Program-made: the position numbers and the translations under genes
Assembly: GCA_012862495.1 (NCBI GenBank)
Contig: BLSG01000378.1
Location: 103,866 to 161,294 of the forward strand
Reading direction: 5' to 3'
Length of the DNA: 57,429 nt
Source: Thraustochytrium aureum
Taxonomy: Eukaryota
Part shown: one piece after another, positions 46,138-57,395 of the stretch
Numbering within the stretch: the first letter of the stretch is position 1
Layout of the letters: each line of letters starts with the position of its first letter
Notes under the pieces: generated by a model
Told to the model about the DNA's origin: nothing
Seen by the model: only the letters and a program-made list of their open reading frames with translations
Databases searched by the model: none

Positions 46138-46918
46138 CGAGCACCAAAGTTGCACTTTCGCCAACCCTGGACGGTGCCAGCTTCCAGGGACGGAAGCGGC
46201 AGAGTGGCTCGTCGTATTCGCACGGCGCGGCGTTTCTCGCGAGGTCCAACCTGCTCTGCGTGGCCCGACCTGCTCTGCCTGGCTCTCGCGTTCGTTCGCT
46301 GTCGTCCGAGGTTTGAATGCGTGCGTCAACCTAACCTATTCCTCGAAACCTAACTTAAACGTCAAAAATCCGTTTGGTGCGTTGGTGAATTGGTTTGCGC
46401 TCGGCGGCGCGTTCGCTCGGCCATCCAAGCCTGGGCTGACGGGGTCAATGCACAGCGCTCCAGCTGCGTGCGTTTCTTCAAAGGCTTGGTCGAGGAAAAC
46501 GTGATGAGCGAATCATTTTCCCAGCATCCTTGAACGCCAAGCTCACAAAGACAAACACTCCGGGCGACCTTCTTTCTTCAGGTTTTTTATTGACACTGAG
46601 TGGACTCGATTCGCAGAATGAGGCTGCCGCTGGTCATGAGCTGAGCTTGGACGGTGTCGAACAGAGGCCCCGGTAACAATGAACACGAAGCGCTGCATGC
46701 AGGGAACTTGGAAGGTGTTAATGGGTGGCACTGGTCCGTTCATCCAACGCATTTAGTTTTCCGTTGAGACTTTGAGTTATTGAGAGGAGCGCCCCCCTTT
46801 GAGCTTCCGGAGGGCCTCTTGCACGAGCGAGTCAGCGCTCTCGCTTTTGCGGCATGATTTCAATGCGTCTTCGCGTGGCAGTCCCACATAGCCGGCGCGC
46901 CGGAGTCGCAGCCGAAGC

Positions 46919-48394
46919 ATGTCGACGCAGGTCGTGCCTGCTTGCGCAGCGGGCGACCGGAAGGGGTCGAGCGCGTGGCTGTGGAGGACCACGGGGGCAA
47001 CCTTTGACGGCAACAAAGTCGGTGCCGGCAGGCCAAATGTGGGAGAAAGCATCGGAACGCCAAGCGCTTTCGGCGACCACGCGCCACCGCCGACCGTCTG
47101 GGAGGACTTGTGGCACGATGTGGTGTGCACCAGTCTGCTTTTGCCTGTTGCCTTCATCGCGGCCGGCCTGATTACTGTACTCGGCTTGGTTGCCAGCTCG
47201 GACCTCGACCCTCGCTTTCGCATCACGTTCATGACGATTTCAACGCAGGTCGCCTGGAGTGCTCTTTGCATGTCTGCGCCTGTACGGGGGGAAATGAGGC
47301 CGTATTGGCTCAAGTTGCACGCCCTGTGCTGCGTCTGCCTCTCTCTCGTCGCTTTGGCGGGGCTTGTGATCGCTGAGCGATCGCCTTCTCCGTTTGCCTT
47401 TGTTGGGATATTCAACACCTCGTTCTTCATTTCATCATTCACAGTTATGGCGGCCACGACTCAATTTTCGCTCGTCGTTCTGACTGCTATATCCGTCTCC
47501 ACAAGCGCAGGCGGAGCCGTCATTGGTCTGTACGCCGTTCTCGCACATACGTACGACCTGGACTGGATCACCGAGATCTTGGTGAACGGCGTTGCTTACC
47601 AGGGCTTTGTTCTGGTCGTCGGCCGCTGCGTCGTCAGCGACATGTTCGTCTTCGCATTCATGAACGCCTTTCCTGAAACCTCACGGTCCGAGATCACGGT
47701 ATCCTGGTCCGCGGCGTCAAAACAATCGTTCCACTTTATCGGTCTTCTCGTTCTCATGGATTCGGGGACGACCCAAGCGTTTGCCATTTCACTGGCTCTT
47801 CAGAACGTGGCCGAGACGGGCTCTGTGATCATCAACTTCTCCATCATGAAGAACCAGGCTCTCTCAAGACTGCAGGATTCAGCTTCGCGAGCGATACGAG
47901 GGCTGTCGAATTCTAATCCCGGGCCTGGTGACAACCGTACGGGAGATGCATCCCAGCCTTGTGGGGAAACGAACACGCACTCCCCAAAGCCACCCATGCG
48001 GAGAGCAAAGTCTTTCCTCGCTCAGTGGGTGGGGCAGATCCAAGACCGCCCCCAAGTCAAGTTGGCGCTTGTTGGTTTCGGGGAGGAGACCGGCGACAAG
48101 GTCAACGTGCTGCTCGCCGCGTTTGCTGGCGTGTTGTTCGCTGCGGTCCTTCACCACGACGACAGAGACGTTGGAGAGTACGTGCTTAGAGCAGCTGCGC
48201 TCGTCGTTGTCGAGCTCGTCCAAGATCTCATCAAGAAGAGGCTTTTGCTGCGCTACGCGGGAGTGCGCATTTCTCGCGTTCCGAGGAGTGTCCTCTCGAC
48301 GCAGATCCTCGTCGGCATTGTCTCAAGTGCAACGGTGTCAATTGGAATATTTCTCACGATTTGGCTCGCCACCCAGGCTGCCGACAACGACTAG
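46919..48394 (+). CDS. Uncharacterised multi-pass membrane protein, tandem paralogue 1 (491 aa)
   Basis: Intact ORF with about 10 hydrophobic segments, colinear with the two downstream ORFs. Confidence 0.88.
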   Translation: MSTQVVPACAAGDRKGSSAWLWRTTGATFDGNKVGAGRPNVGESIGTPSAFGDHAPPPTVWEDLWHDVVCTSLLLPVAFIAAGLITVLGLVASSDLDPRFRITFMTISTQVAWSALCMSAPVRGEMRPYWLKLHALCCVCLSLVALAGLVIAERSPSPFAFVGIFNTSFFISSFTVMAATTQFSLVVLTAISVSTSAGGAVIGLYAVLAHTYDLDWITEILVNGVAYQGFVLVVGRCVVSDMFVFAFMNAFPETSRSEITVSWSAASKQSFHFIGLLVLMDSGTTQAFAISLALQNVAETGSVIINFSIMKNQALSRLQDSASRAIRGLSNSNPGPGDNRTGDASQPCGETNTHSPKPPMRRAKSFLAQWVGQIQDRPQVKLALVGFGEETGDKVNVLLAAFAGVLFAAVLHHDDRDVGEYVLRAAALVVVELVQDLIKKRLLLRYAGVRISRVPRSVLSTQILVGIVSSATVSIGIFLTIWLATQAADND

Positions 48395-49577
48395 CCCGTG
48401 CACTCCCTCTGGCATGACCGGCCTGGAGCCAGGTCGAACAGGGCCCTCCTTGGTCTCCAACCTGTGGCGGCCAGTCCACTGTCGGCGAAACCACTTGTTT
48501 GCCTTTCCACGTCAGTTTTGCGGTGTCTTCGGCAAGAGATCAGGGCTCTAGCTAGCTAGAGAGGGCTTGGTGTTACTACTGGGTTACCTACGGGAACGTA
48601 TAGAGGAGTTCAGCGACCTCCTTAGGCAGCCAGTGCCAGGACATCTCTGCGCGCGACGGAGCCGTGCGCTGAAGAGTCCCCAGACCAGTCCCGTAATAGC
48701 CAGACTGACAACCAAATGTCTGAATTGAAGATGGCGAAGAGCTTGACGAACAATGGCCTTGCGATGTTGACACGAAACGTCTGTGACAAACCCTCCTGAC
48801 GAAACAGACGAGGCTAGCCAGACGAAGCCTGCGAGCCCCAGCCACCAGTGGCCTCGATCACGAAGGGTAGGCAGGTCTTGCCAGAAAGCGACGCGCTAGG
48901 TGTTGGTTAGGTGCGCGTTTTCGCTTCGTTTCAGCTTCGCGAATCGCCCCGGCGCGGCAAACCTGCCGCGCGGGCTGCGCTCGAGGTCCATCGAGCAGTC
49001 TGACCCGGCTCCGAATGCGAGCGTTCCGGTTGGAGTCTGCCATGCCCAACTTGGCCGAGAAGGCCACATTTTTAAAATTAAAGTTTAGGTCTCGGGGCTG
49101 TTCTGCGCGTACGACTCGCGCAGGCGCCCTCGAGGCCACTGATCAATCCATTCTTCCTTTCCCACTCCTTCTTAACGCGGGCCAGAAATAACCACTCAAT
49201 CAAAGCAAAATCGATCAGCAGCTTGCCATACAATCGAGCTGGCCGGCCGGCTTTCCTGAATCTAGGTACTCACCCGAACGCAGTCCTCAACGACCACCAT
49301 CTTCTGGTCTGGGCGAGGGAATCCGCGTAACGGATTTCTATCCGTTGTGACTCCGTGGCCAAGCAGGGCAACTCTGTCGCAAACGACGCCTGGCTTTCTG
49401 ACTTTCTTCGGGTGTCTGCATGCCAGTACTGGGCGCTCCTTTCGGCCGATTCGAAACGACAACAGCGGGCATTTCGACCGCGTTAGTCTGTTCACTGAGG
49501 TCCTCGCTGCAGACCCGAGTCCTACTTGGCCAGCGGATCATCATCGTGTATTCGCGCGGCAAAAGTAGCAACATCGA

Positions 49578-51044
49578 ATGGATGCGCGCGTGGTGCCTGC
49601 TTGCGCTGCGAGCGAATGGCAGGGCTTGCCCAGGCTACCATGGAGGGCCGAGGTGATCCGCTCTGAAGGCAAGGCCGAGGACAGGGAACAGCCGCCGCGA
49701 ATGTCTTGCGATCGTGCGCAAATAGTCGGCGACCTGGATCCCCCACCGTCCATCTGGGAAGACCTGCGACACGACATTATGTGCACTGCCAAACTTTTAC
49801 CCGTCGTACTGGTAGCAGCGGGCTTCGTCGCTGCGATCGGCGCGATCGCCAACTCAGCCCTCGAGCATCGCCTCCGACTTGCCATAGCGTCCGTATTCAC
49901 GCTGGTTGGCTATTGCGCTCTTTGCACATCCACTCCTATTCAGGGTCCGCACGCGTCGTGGTGGCGAAAGTGGCACGTCATCACGTGTGTGTGCTCGTCG
50001 ATTCTCACTGCAACAGGAGTCTGGCGGGCCGAGGCCTCTCCAAGTCCGTTTGCATTTGTCGCAATTTTCAGCTGCTCATTCTTCGCGACATCGATCGTCC
50101 CGTTTGTGGCCAAGACTCACTTTTCGATCGTGATCCCGCTGGCTATTTCCTCTTCAATGGCCGCAAGCGAAGCCGTCATCTCCCTGTACGCGACGATCGC
50201 GCTTACCTATGAGCTTGATTGGTTCGCGGAGGTCTTGTTGAACGGTTTTGCTTACCAGTTTCTCGTTCTCGTGATCGGTCGCTGTGTTATCTGCGACATG
50301 TATGTCTTCGCGTTCATTTCAGCTTTCCCCGAAAGCAAGCGCTCGGAGCTCACGGTTTTCTTTTCCGTGGCTTCAAAACAAGCTTTCCACTTCGTGGGCC
50401 TTGTCGTACTCATGGGCTCTGGGACGACAAAATCGTTCGTCATTTCCTTGGTCCTCCAAAACCTGGCCGAGACAGGGTCTGTGATTGTGAACCTTGCTGT
50501 GATGAGGAGTCAAGTCATTTCGAAATGGAGAAGCCCCGCGTCCGTCGCCCCGCGAGAGGACTCTGCTCGGACACAGAGCGTTGAACCTGGTGCGCCTCGT
50601 TTCCAACAAGGCGGGGCAGGGCACACGGAGTCGGCAAAGCTATCGTTGCATCAAGAACGGGACTTTCTCAAGGATTGGGTGGGCCAGATCCAAGAAAACC
50701 CTCAAATCAAGCTGGCCCTTATCGGGTTCGGGGAAGAGACCGGCGACAAGGCCAACGTGCTGCTGGCTGCCTTTACAGGGGTGTTCTTCGCTGCGCGCCT
50801 TCACGGCTCCGGTGACATCGAGATCTTCGTTCTGAGGGCTGCAGCTCTCGTTCTCGTCGAGTTCGCCGAGGACCTGGTCAAGAAGAGGATGCTAGTGCAC
50901 TACGCCGGAGTCTACTTGTCCCGAGTCCCAAGGAGCGTCCTCACGCCGCAAGTCCTCGCCAGCACCATAGCAACTCCATGTATCCTCGTGGGACAATATC
51001 TGTGCCTCTGGCTTGCCGTCCAGGGTCCCGGCGACGGCAAGTGA
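49578..51044 (+). CDS. Uncharacterised multi-pass membrane protein, tandem paralogue 2 (488 aa)
   Basis: Intact ORF sharing VVPACAA, WEDL.HD, SPSPFAFV.IF, NG.AYQ, SKQ.FHF.GL and FGEE.GDK.N with paralogue 1. Confidence 0.88.
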   Translation: MDARVVPACAASEWQGLPRLPWRAEVIRSEGKAEDREQPPRMSCDRAQIVGDLDPPPSIWEDLRHDIMCTAKLLPVVLVAAGFVAAIGAIANSALEHRLRLAIASVFTLVGYCALCTSTPIQGPHASWWRKWHVITCVCSSILTATGVWRAEASPSPFAFVAIFSCSFFATSIVPFVAKTHFSIVIPLAISSSMAASEAVISLYATIALTYELDWFAEVLLNGFAYQFLVLVIGRCVICDMYVFAFISAFPESKRSELTVFFSVASKQAFHFVGLVVLMGSGTTKSFVISLVLQNLAETGSVIVNLAVMRSQVISKWRSPASVAPREDSARTQSVEPGAPRFQQGGAGHTESAKLSLHQERDFLKDWVGQIQENPQIKLALIGFGEETGDKANVLLAAFTGVFFAARLHGSGDIEIFVLRAAALVLVEFAEDLVKKRMLVHYAGVYLSRVPRSVLTPQVLASTIATPCILVGQYLCLWLAVQGPGDGK

Positions 51045-51619
51045 GAAAGTGAAGCATCAGAAATCAGGCGACGGCAGCAGGCGCCAAACGAACCCGCCAG
51101 AGAGGCAACCAGGGTGGGCCCACTGGCGAGCCGCCATAGAACCAGGGGAGGACGCGAACGGAGCGAGTTCGTCGGCCGCCAATTGTGAATGTCAGAGTTT
51201 GTGAAATGTCGCAGTGTCCGTTGAAAAAATGAACAGATGCTTTGGGAAGCCACAATCGACCACAGCCGCTGACGAGGCGACAAGGAGATTCCGTTGGAAA
51301 TGGACCGAGAAGGAGGATGAGCCTCCTTCTGAAAAAAGGNNNNNNNNNNNNNNNNNNNNNNNNNNNNNNNNNNNNNNNNNNNNNNNNNNNNNNNNNNNNN
51401 NNNNNNNNNNNNNNNNNNNNNNNNNNNNNNNNNNNNNNNNNNNNNNNNNNNNNNNNNNNNNNNNNNNNNNNNNNNNNNNNNNNNNNNNNNNNNNNNNNNN
51501 NNNNNNNNNNNNNNNNNNNNNNNNNNNNNNNNNNNNNNNNNNNNNNNNNNNNNNNNNNNNNNNNNNNNNNNNNNNNNNNNNNNNNNNNNNNNNNNNNNNN
51601 NNNNNNNNNNNNNNNNNNN

Positions 51620-52699
51620 TGCACATCGCTTTTGGCCGCACTTGGACTGTGGCATGTGCCGACGCCCATCTCCCCACTTCTCCTTGTCGCGATCTGTTGC
51701 TGCTCCTTCTTCATTACGACGCTCATTCCGCTGGCAAAAGCGTCCCACTTTTCAACCCTAGTGCCTTTGGTCATGTCGCTTGTCATGGCCGCGAGCGCCG
51801 CTGGCATCGGCTTGTACCCCGCGCTAATGTTGACGTACGAGTTTGACTGGATCGCTGAGGTATTGGTCAACGGGTGCGCCTACCAGATCTTCGTCCTGAT
51901 CATCGGTCGGTGCTTCATCAGCGACATGTTTGCGTTTGTCTTTATCTCTACTTATCCCGAGAGCCCGCGCGTCAGCTTGGTGGTGTTTTTCTCCTTAGCG
52001 TCCAAGCAAGCGTTCCATTTCCTGGGCCTCCTCATTCTCATGCGCTCCGGGACGACGCAGGCGTTTATAATATCTCTGGTGCTGCAAAACCTGGGTGAAA
52101 CTGCATCCGTACTTGTCAACATCGCTGTTCTCGAGGGTCAACATGTCGCAAACCTGTTGCAGTTCGTTGTGGGCAGGTCAATTGTTCGGGACCGCAGCAC
52201 CGTTGCGAATTCGAAATTCAGCCAACTCGAAGCCGTCAAGCCTGCGCAACATCCGTCAATGAGCACCGAGAAGGCGTTTTTAACGCAGTGGGTGGGCCAA
52301 ATCCAAGACGATCCAAAGGTCAAGCTTGCGCTCATTGGATTTGGCGAGGAAGCCGGAGATAAATTCAACGCCCTCCTCGCGGCCTTCGCAGGGGTCCTTT
52401 TCGCAGTGATCCTGGACGGCAGCGACGACTGGGCTGTCTACATCGGAAGGGGGATCGTGCTCATTCTCGTTGAGTGCGCGGAAGACCTCCTGAAGAAGCG
52501 AATGCTGGGGTTGTACGCCAAAGTATACTTTTCGCGGATTCCCACAAGCGTGCTCTCGACGCAGATCCTTGCGAGCACCGTTGCCAATGCAACGATGGTT
52601 GTTTCCTTCTACCTTTGCATCTGGCTCGCCGTCACAACGTCGCACTTGCCGTCCTCGAAACCAATCGATGGGCCGCACAGCGTTCCGCAGGTCGGTTGA
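51620..52699 (+). CDS. Uncharacterised multi-pass membrane protein, tandem paralogue 3; 5' end in gap
   Basis: Same motifs: TYEFDWIAEVLVNGCAYQ, SKQAFHFLGL, QWVGQIQDDPKVKLALIGFGEEAGDKFN, EDLLKKR. Confidence 0.86.
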   Translation, partial: CTSLLAALGLWHVPTPISPLLLVAICCCSFFITTLIPLAKASHFSTLVPLVMSLVMAASAAGIGLYPALMLTYEFDWIAEVLVNGCAYQIFVLIIGRCFISDMFAFVFISTYPESPRVSLVVFFSLASKQAFHFLGLLILMRSGTTQAFIISLVLQNLGETASVLVNIAVLEGQHVANLLQFVVGRSIVRDRSTVANSKFSQLEAVKPAQHPSMSTEKAFLTQWVGQIQDDPKVKLALIGFGEEAGDKFNALLAAFAGVLFAVILDGSDDWAVYIGRGIVLILVECAEDLLKKRMLGLYAKVYFSRIPTSVLSTQILASTVANATMVVSFYLCIWLAVTTSHLPSSKPIDGPHSVPQVG

Positions 52700-53665
52700 G
52701 TAGGTAGGCAACGAAGGCCGCGATCAGTCAAGAAAGAAAGAGCAGCTTCGCCGAGCGATGCCCAGCGTGCCCAGCGCCGGCGTCCGGCATACCCGCTAGA
52801 TCCCTGTGCGCGATAGAAGTTGCTTGCAGAAGCGACGACCTCAGACGGTCTGGGTGGGCCTTTCCCGTGGGAACTGGAATCACAACCAAAGTCTCAATCA
52901 AGGTGGCGAAGAGTCAGTGACGAGTGAGGGCCTTCCCATGCTCGCTCGAAGTGCCCATGACGAACTCGTTGACGAACACCCCGCGGATCGAAATAAATAA
53001 ATGCCTGTAGGTAGAGTCTTGGCAAAACGGGCCAAGAAAAAAGCAGATGATGCCTTTGAGCCCCAGCCGCCGGCCTCGATCGCGATGTGTCGAAAAGGCC
53101 TTTTCCGGACTCCGCGTACCGCTCTGCTGCGCAGAGAACTCCGGACCGACTCTGCGCACGCCGAGTAGGTAAGTACCCATGAAAAGCCCGAGGATGCGGC
53201 AGTCCAGCTACTCGCTGCGGTCCCCGCACCCCAACAGGCCGACGTGCGGCAGCAGCCTGCGCGGCCCAGCATGACCTCCGCGTCCTCAGCCGTCAACTCG
53301 GCCTCACTCAGCCCGTGCCACGGGTCCCGCAGCGCGCTCGAGAGCATCGCGTAGAGCTCGTAGCGCGCGACAAAGTTGAGTCCCAGGAGCCGCGAAGCGC
53401 GCTCGAGCTCTTGTCCTGGCGAGATGGGGCGTGAGTTGAGTTGAGCGTTGAGTTGTACTTCGTTCTTGGTCTTGAGGATGTTCGAGTTGGACGAGTTGGA
53501 GGAGGCCAAGTGCGAGCAAGGGGCCAACCGCCTTTCGCGTGTCGCTCGGCGCCCAAGAGCCCACTCGCGCATCGGTCCAAGTTGAAGGCGCTGGGCCGTA
53601 GCGTCCCCGGCTTCGGTGAGGTTGGGGCTGGCGGGGAGGCGCGCGCGCTGCGGCTGGCAGCAAGG

Positions 53666-54244
53666 ATGCCGGGCCCCGTGGACCGGATGGACATGAGCGC
53701 GCTGGACGCCGTGCTGGAGGAGTTTCCTGGGCGGCGCGAGGCGCCTCGGAGCACGGTGGCAAGGTCGGCGCTGTTTGTGGTGGTTGCGCTGGCCACCGGG
53801 TCGGCGCCTGCGTTCTTGTACGTGCACATGTTTCTTGGGTTTGAGCGCTGGGGCTTCTTTGCGGTCGCGGTGCCGACCGCCGCCGTGCTGCTCGCGCGCG
53901 TCTACCAGCGGCTGTGCCTAGCGAACGAAAAGCTTCTCATCGAGAGCAGGGCGCGCCTGCTGTTCAAGCAGCTGCGCGGTAAGCGGCGGTCTACGGCAGA
54001 GAGCGAAGAGATCGTCCAGCGCGCTCTGGAGAGAACCGCGTCGATCGAGGCGGCGGCGTTCGCGCTATGGACGACCAACCTGGCCTACCTGGGCATGTTT
54101 CTCGTTCTCTTCGCGCTTAGCTCAGCGGCTTTCATAGACGTGTCTGGTTCGACGGCGGCTCTCGAGCGCTCCAGCGTCGGCAGCTACTTGGTGTCGTCGC
54201 TCACTCCGGCGATCCTCTTGGGCGCAATCTGCGGCAGCTCGTAG
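53666..54244 (+). CDS. SSR3: Translocon-associated protein gamma-like
   Basis: Four-TM layout; LDAVLEEF..SALF...AL....PAFLY and ASIEAAAFALWTTNLAYL parallel TRAP-gamma LLQDF..ALF..A..P.WLY and ADYEATTFSIFYNN. Confidence 0.68.
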   Translation: MPGPVDRMDMSALDAVLEEFPGRREAPRSTVARSALFVVVALATGSAPAFLYVHMFLGFERWGFFAVAVPTAAVLLARVYQRLCLANEKLLIESRARLLFKQLRGKRRSTAESEEIVQRALERTASIEAAAFALWTTNLAYLGMFLVLFALSSAAFIDVSGSTAALERSSVGSYLVSSLTPAILLGAICGSS

Positions 54245-54705
54245 AGGGACTAAAGCCGGCCACTCCTGCCTTCGCCCAAGGGAACTCGCTTTGCAGGCAG
54301 GCTAGCGCATCGCGAGTCCCGTCGTCCGCGTGCGGTCGAGTTGCTCCGGTCGCGCTCTGCGTCCAAGGGGCCCAAAGCCACACAGGCAGTTCACAGCAGC
54401 AGCGCTTAGAAAGGAGCTCGAGCGGGCCAGCGCGGACAAAGTGCAAGCTGGGGGTAAGGAACGAGGCGAAATGCCATGGCGGCGAGCTCAACCGATTAGT
54501 CTGACAGGACGGTGGTCCCTTCGGCGTCGGCTGCCGCAGGGGTATTTTTGTAGCTACTGCGTGTGGCGGCGCTGTCCCGCAATGAACAAAAGCAAAGCCG
54601 AACCTGTCCGCATGCCTCTATAAGAGCGAGCAGATAAACTCGCAACATGTCCAGTCCCAGCCTCCTCTGCGACAAAGGCAAAGCTACAGTGCCCCAGCAG
54701 GCTTG

Positions 54706-57395
54706 CTACAGCTTGTACGCGTCAACAGTGACGCGGCACTCGCTTTGGCCCTCGAGCAGGAAGCTGCTGTCCTCGAACGAAGCAAAGAGGATCCGGTTCT
54801 GGCGAAGCGGGAGCCACGAGGTTTGCTGCACGTTGTTGTAGGCGTCCTGCGGGGCCACCGTCAGTTCGAGGCTGGAGCTGAATCGGTTGTGGTGGGCGTC
54901 GAGCGTCCAGACCGTGAGCCGCCCCTGGCGGAACGAGCTCTCGTACCCGAGCATGCACGCTAGCGAGACACGCACCTCGCGAGCCTTGTTGGGCACGGCA
55001 GTCATCTTGATGCTGTTTACCTTGCCAGAGGCGATGGGGCTGAGGACGATGCTGCGGCTCAGCGCGTGCCACGGGGTCCCCGGCTCCACGCGGTCCATGC
55101 CAGCGAGCTTGAAAGCGCCACCTGCGCTGACGTGCATCATAGCACACAAGTCGAACTTGCGGCGCACTTGCGGGNNNNNNNNNNNNNNNNNNNNNNNNNN
55201 NNNNNNNNNNNNNNNNNNNNNNNNNNNNNNNNNNNNNNNNNNNNNNNNNNNNNNNNNNNNNNNNNNNGCTTCCAGGCGGGGGTCGCTCCTGTTCGCTCGG
55301 TCGGTGCCCCGGGACGCATTGAGCACGCGCTTGTACATTTGCTTGAGGTTCTTCTGCGAAATGGTGCGCTTTTTCACCTTGCCGACTTGGTAGAGGTTTA
55401 CGAGATTCCCATTCTTGTCGTAAAAGGGCTGGCAAATATCAGCTTCGTCCGGTCTCGAAGGGCTTGCACACTCAGCAGGTGCAGCGGGCTGCTCGGAAGC
55501 GGTTTGCGCCGCGGGGCGGCGCCACGTGCAGTTGTGGCCAGCTCTGCTTCAAGCTCGGCAACCCTGAGCGCCTTATCGGCCAGCTGCGACTCAAGCTTTG
55601 CTTGCAACGCCGCTATCTTCTCACGAAGCACCGACGCCTCAGGGCGCGTCTCGTGAGCTACGCCTGGAGCAGGCCGATAATAGCACCGTTTGATCGTGCC
55701 GACAAACGGGTCGTTGCCAAAGTACTTGTTCCCGCAGTGAAACGCGGCGGGCCCAGAGAGGTCCTTGAAGACCCACTTCCCTGCCAGACCGTAGCGCACA
55801 ACGCCTGGTCCATCGATGCGGCACTCGGAATACTCGTCACATACATGCTCGAAAGGGTCGACGGGACTCTCCGGAGCAGGGCGGAACCAGCACGACTTGA
55901 TTTTGCCAACCGCGGGATCCGCACCGATGGTGCGCTGTGAACACATTACATTGGTGCCGCGCTCGATTGGCAACACCGCCCAGCGACCCTGTACACCATA
56001 AAAGATCTCGCCGGGCCCAGGAAAGTACCCTACCTGACCGTCCCTGCACACGCGCTTTAGTCCGGCCATGCCACTCGCTGCCGATGGCAACCCGGACCGG
56101 AGGGTCTGGCAGCGCTTGCGTTTCCCAAACGCCGGGTCCGCGCCAAACCAGCTGGCGGAGCACTTGGCCTTGACTGACAAACCTTGCTGCCCGCCCCTGA
56201 CGTGTTTGTAAACCCAACGGTCGCCCACGCCGAATCGCACGATGCTGTCTTGCTCAACCGCAAAGCCAGAATCCTCCGAGCAGATGTCAGAAAACGTGGA
56301 CGACGACGGGGCAAGGCTAGCGCCGAGGGCAACGTAAGAGGGCCCAAAGAGCATGGCCAGGTGCTCCTGGCTCAGATCATCCAGAATCGCATGAGCTGCA
56401 GCGGCGCTCGGGGTCCCACGGAGCGCGTGCTTTGCCAGCATCCCGATCGCCATGAAGAGCGAGACAGCGAGCCAAAGGCGCTTGGACCGATGGAGGGCGC
56501 TCGCCTGCGTCCCAGCTTCTTCATCAGGGCAGTCGGCAAAGTGCTTGCTAAGAGCAGAAACGAGTGCCTGACACCAGTGCGGCAAGTTGGCGGAAAGGAG
56601 AGCATCGGACGCGGATTCGGCGCAGTGCCCGTTCGCTTCGCTGTCAAACCCGCTCTCGGACTCGCCTTCGGACCCAGACTCGCTCTCGGACCCTGACTCG
56701 CTTTCGGACTCGGACTCGCTCTCGGACTCGGACTCGCTCTCGGACTCGCTCTCGGACTCGGACTCGCTTTCAGACTCGCTTTCGCTCTCGGACTGGATCT
56801 CGGACTGGCTCTCGGGATCGAGCAGGCTGTGGGTGTTCGCTGTGATGGTAGGCGTTTCGTTGGCTTCGTCTCCACTCGTGCAGCCATCGCAATCTCCGTC
56901 AGAGTCTTCGGCAGCGAACGGGTTACTGGGCTCAGCAGGCATCTCGGCCGTGGGGGACGTCCCGGCGACGGCACAAGTCTCGGCGCCAGCGCATGTCTCG
57001 GCAATGGAAAACGTCTCGACGACGGCAGGGCTCTCTGGCAGGCTGTTGGAGTCCCGCGAGCTTGGGGCGGTATCGCTGAGCCCAGCCGCGACCACCTCTC
57101 CGACCTGCTCAACCTTGTCGGCGGCGACGGAGCTCGCGTCGTCGCAGGCTTGCTCGTCGTCGTCGGCGGCGCCGTCGTCGTCGGCGCCGTCGTCGTCGTC
57201 GCAGCTCTCCCCTTCGGAATCAGAAGCAGCCTGGATCTTGTCGTCCGAGTCGTACATCATGGCCAGCTCGTCGCGCTCCAGCACGGTCGACCCGGTTTGC
57301 GACAGCGCCCCAGACGAGCTGGGCTCGCTCCCATACTCCTCCTCCACGTCCTTATCCACGACCTCCCACGACCCTTCACTCGCCCCATCCGCCAT
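54706..57395 (-). CDS. Membrane-anchored protein: acidic N-terminal arm, (ES)n tract, TM, three Cys-rich lectin-like repeats, coiled coil, unknown C-terminal domain
   Basis: ORF 55398..57395 joins ORF 54706..55377 through a 1-nt shift at TTTT near 55423 (SPF-YDKNGNLVNLYQVGKVKK). TM is LWLAVSLFMAIGMLA. Confidence 0.75.
56650..56812. repeat. Coding 6-bp-period repeat encoding (ES)n
   Basis: CTCGGA/CTCGCT units; translation SESESESE. Confidence 0.9.

Noticed and set aside
52894..53430. Possible small minus-strand gene divergent from TRAP-gamma
   Set aside because: No recognisable domain and no consistent frame; needs transcript evidence.
3303..57395. Frameshifts in over a dozen genes read as pseudogenes or programmed frameshifting
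   Set aside because: They hit essential genes (MCM10, CDT1, PIG-B), often at homopolymer runs, while motifs on both sides stay intact. Draft sequencing error is far more likely.
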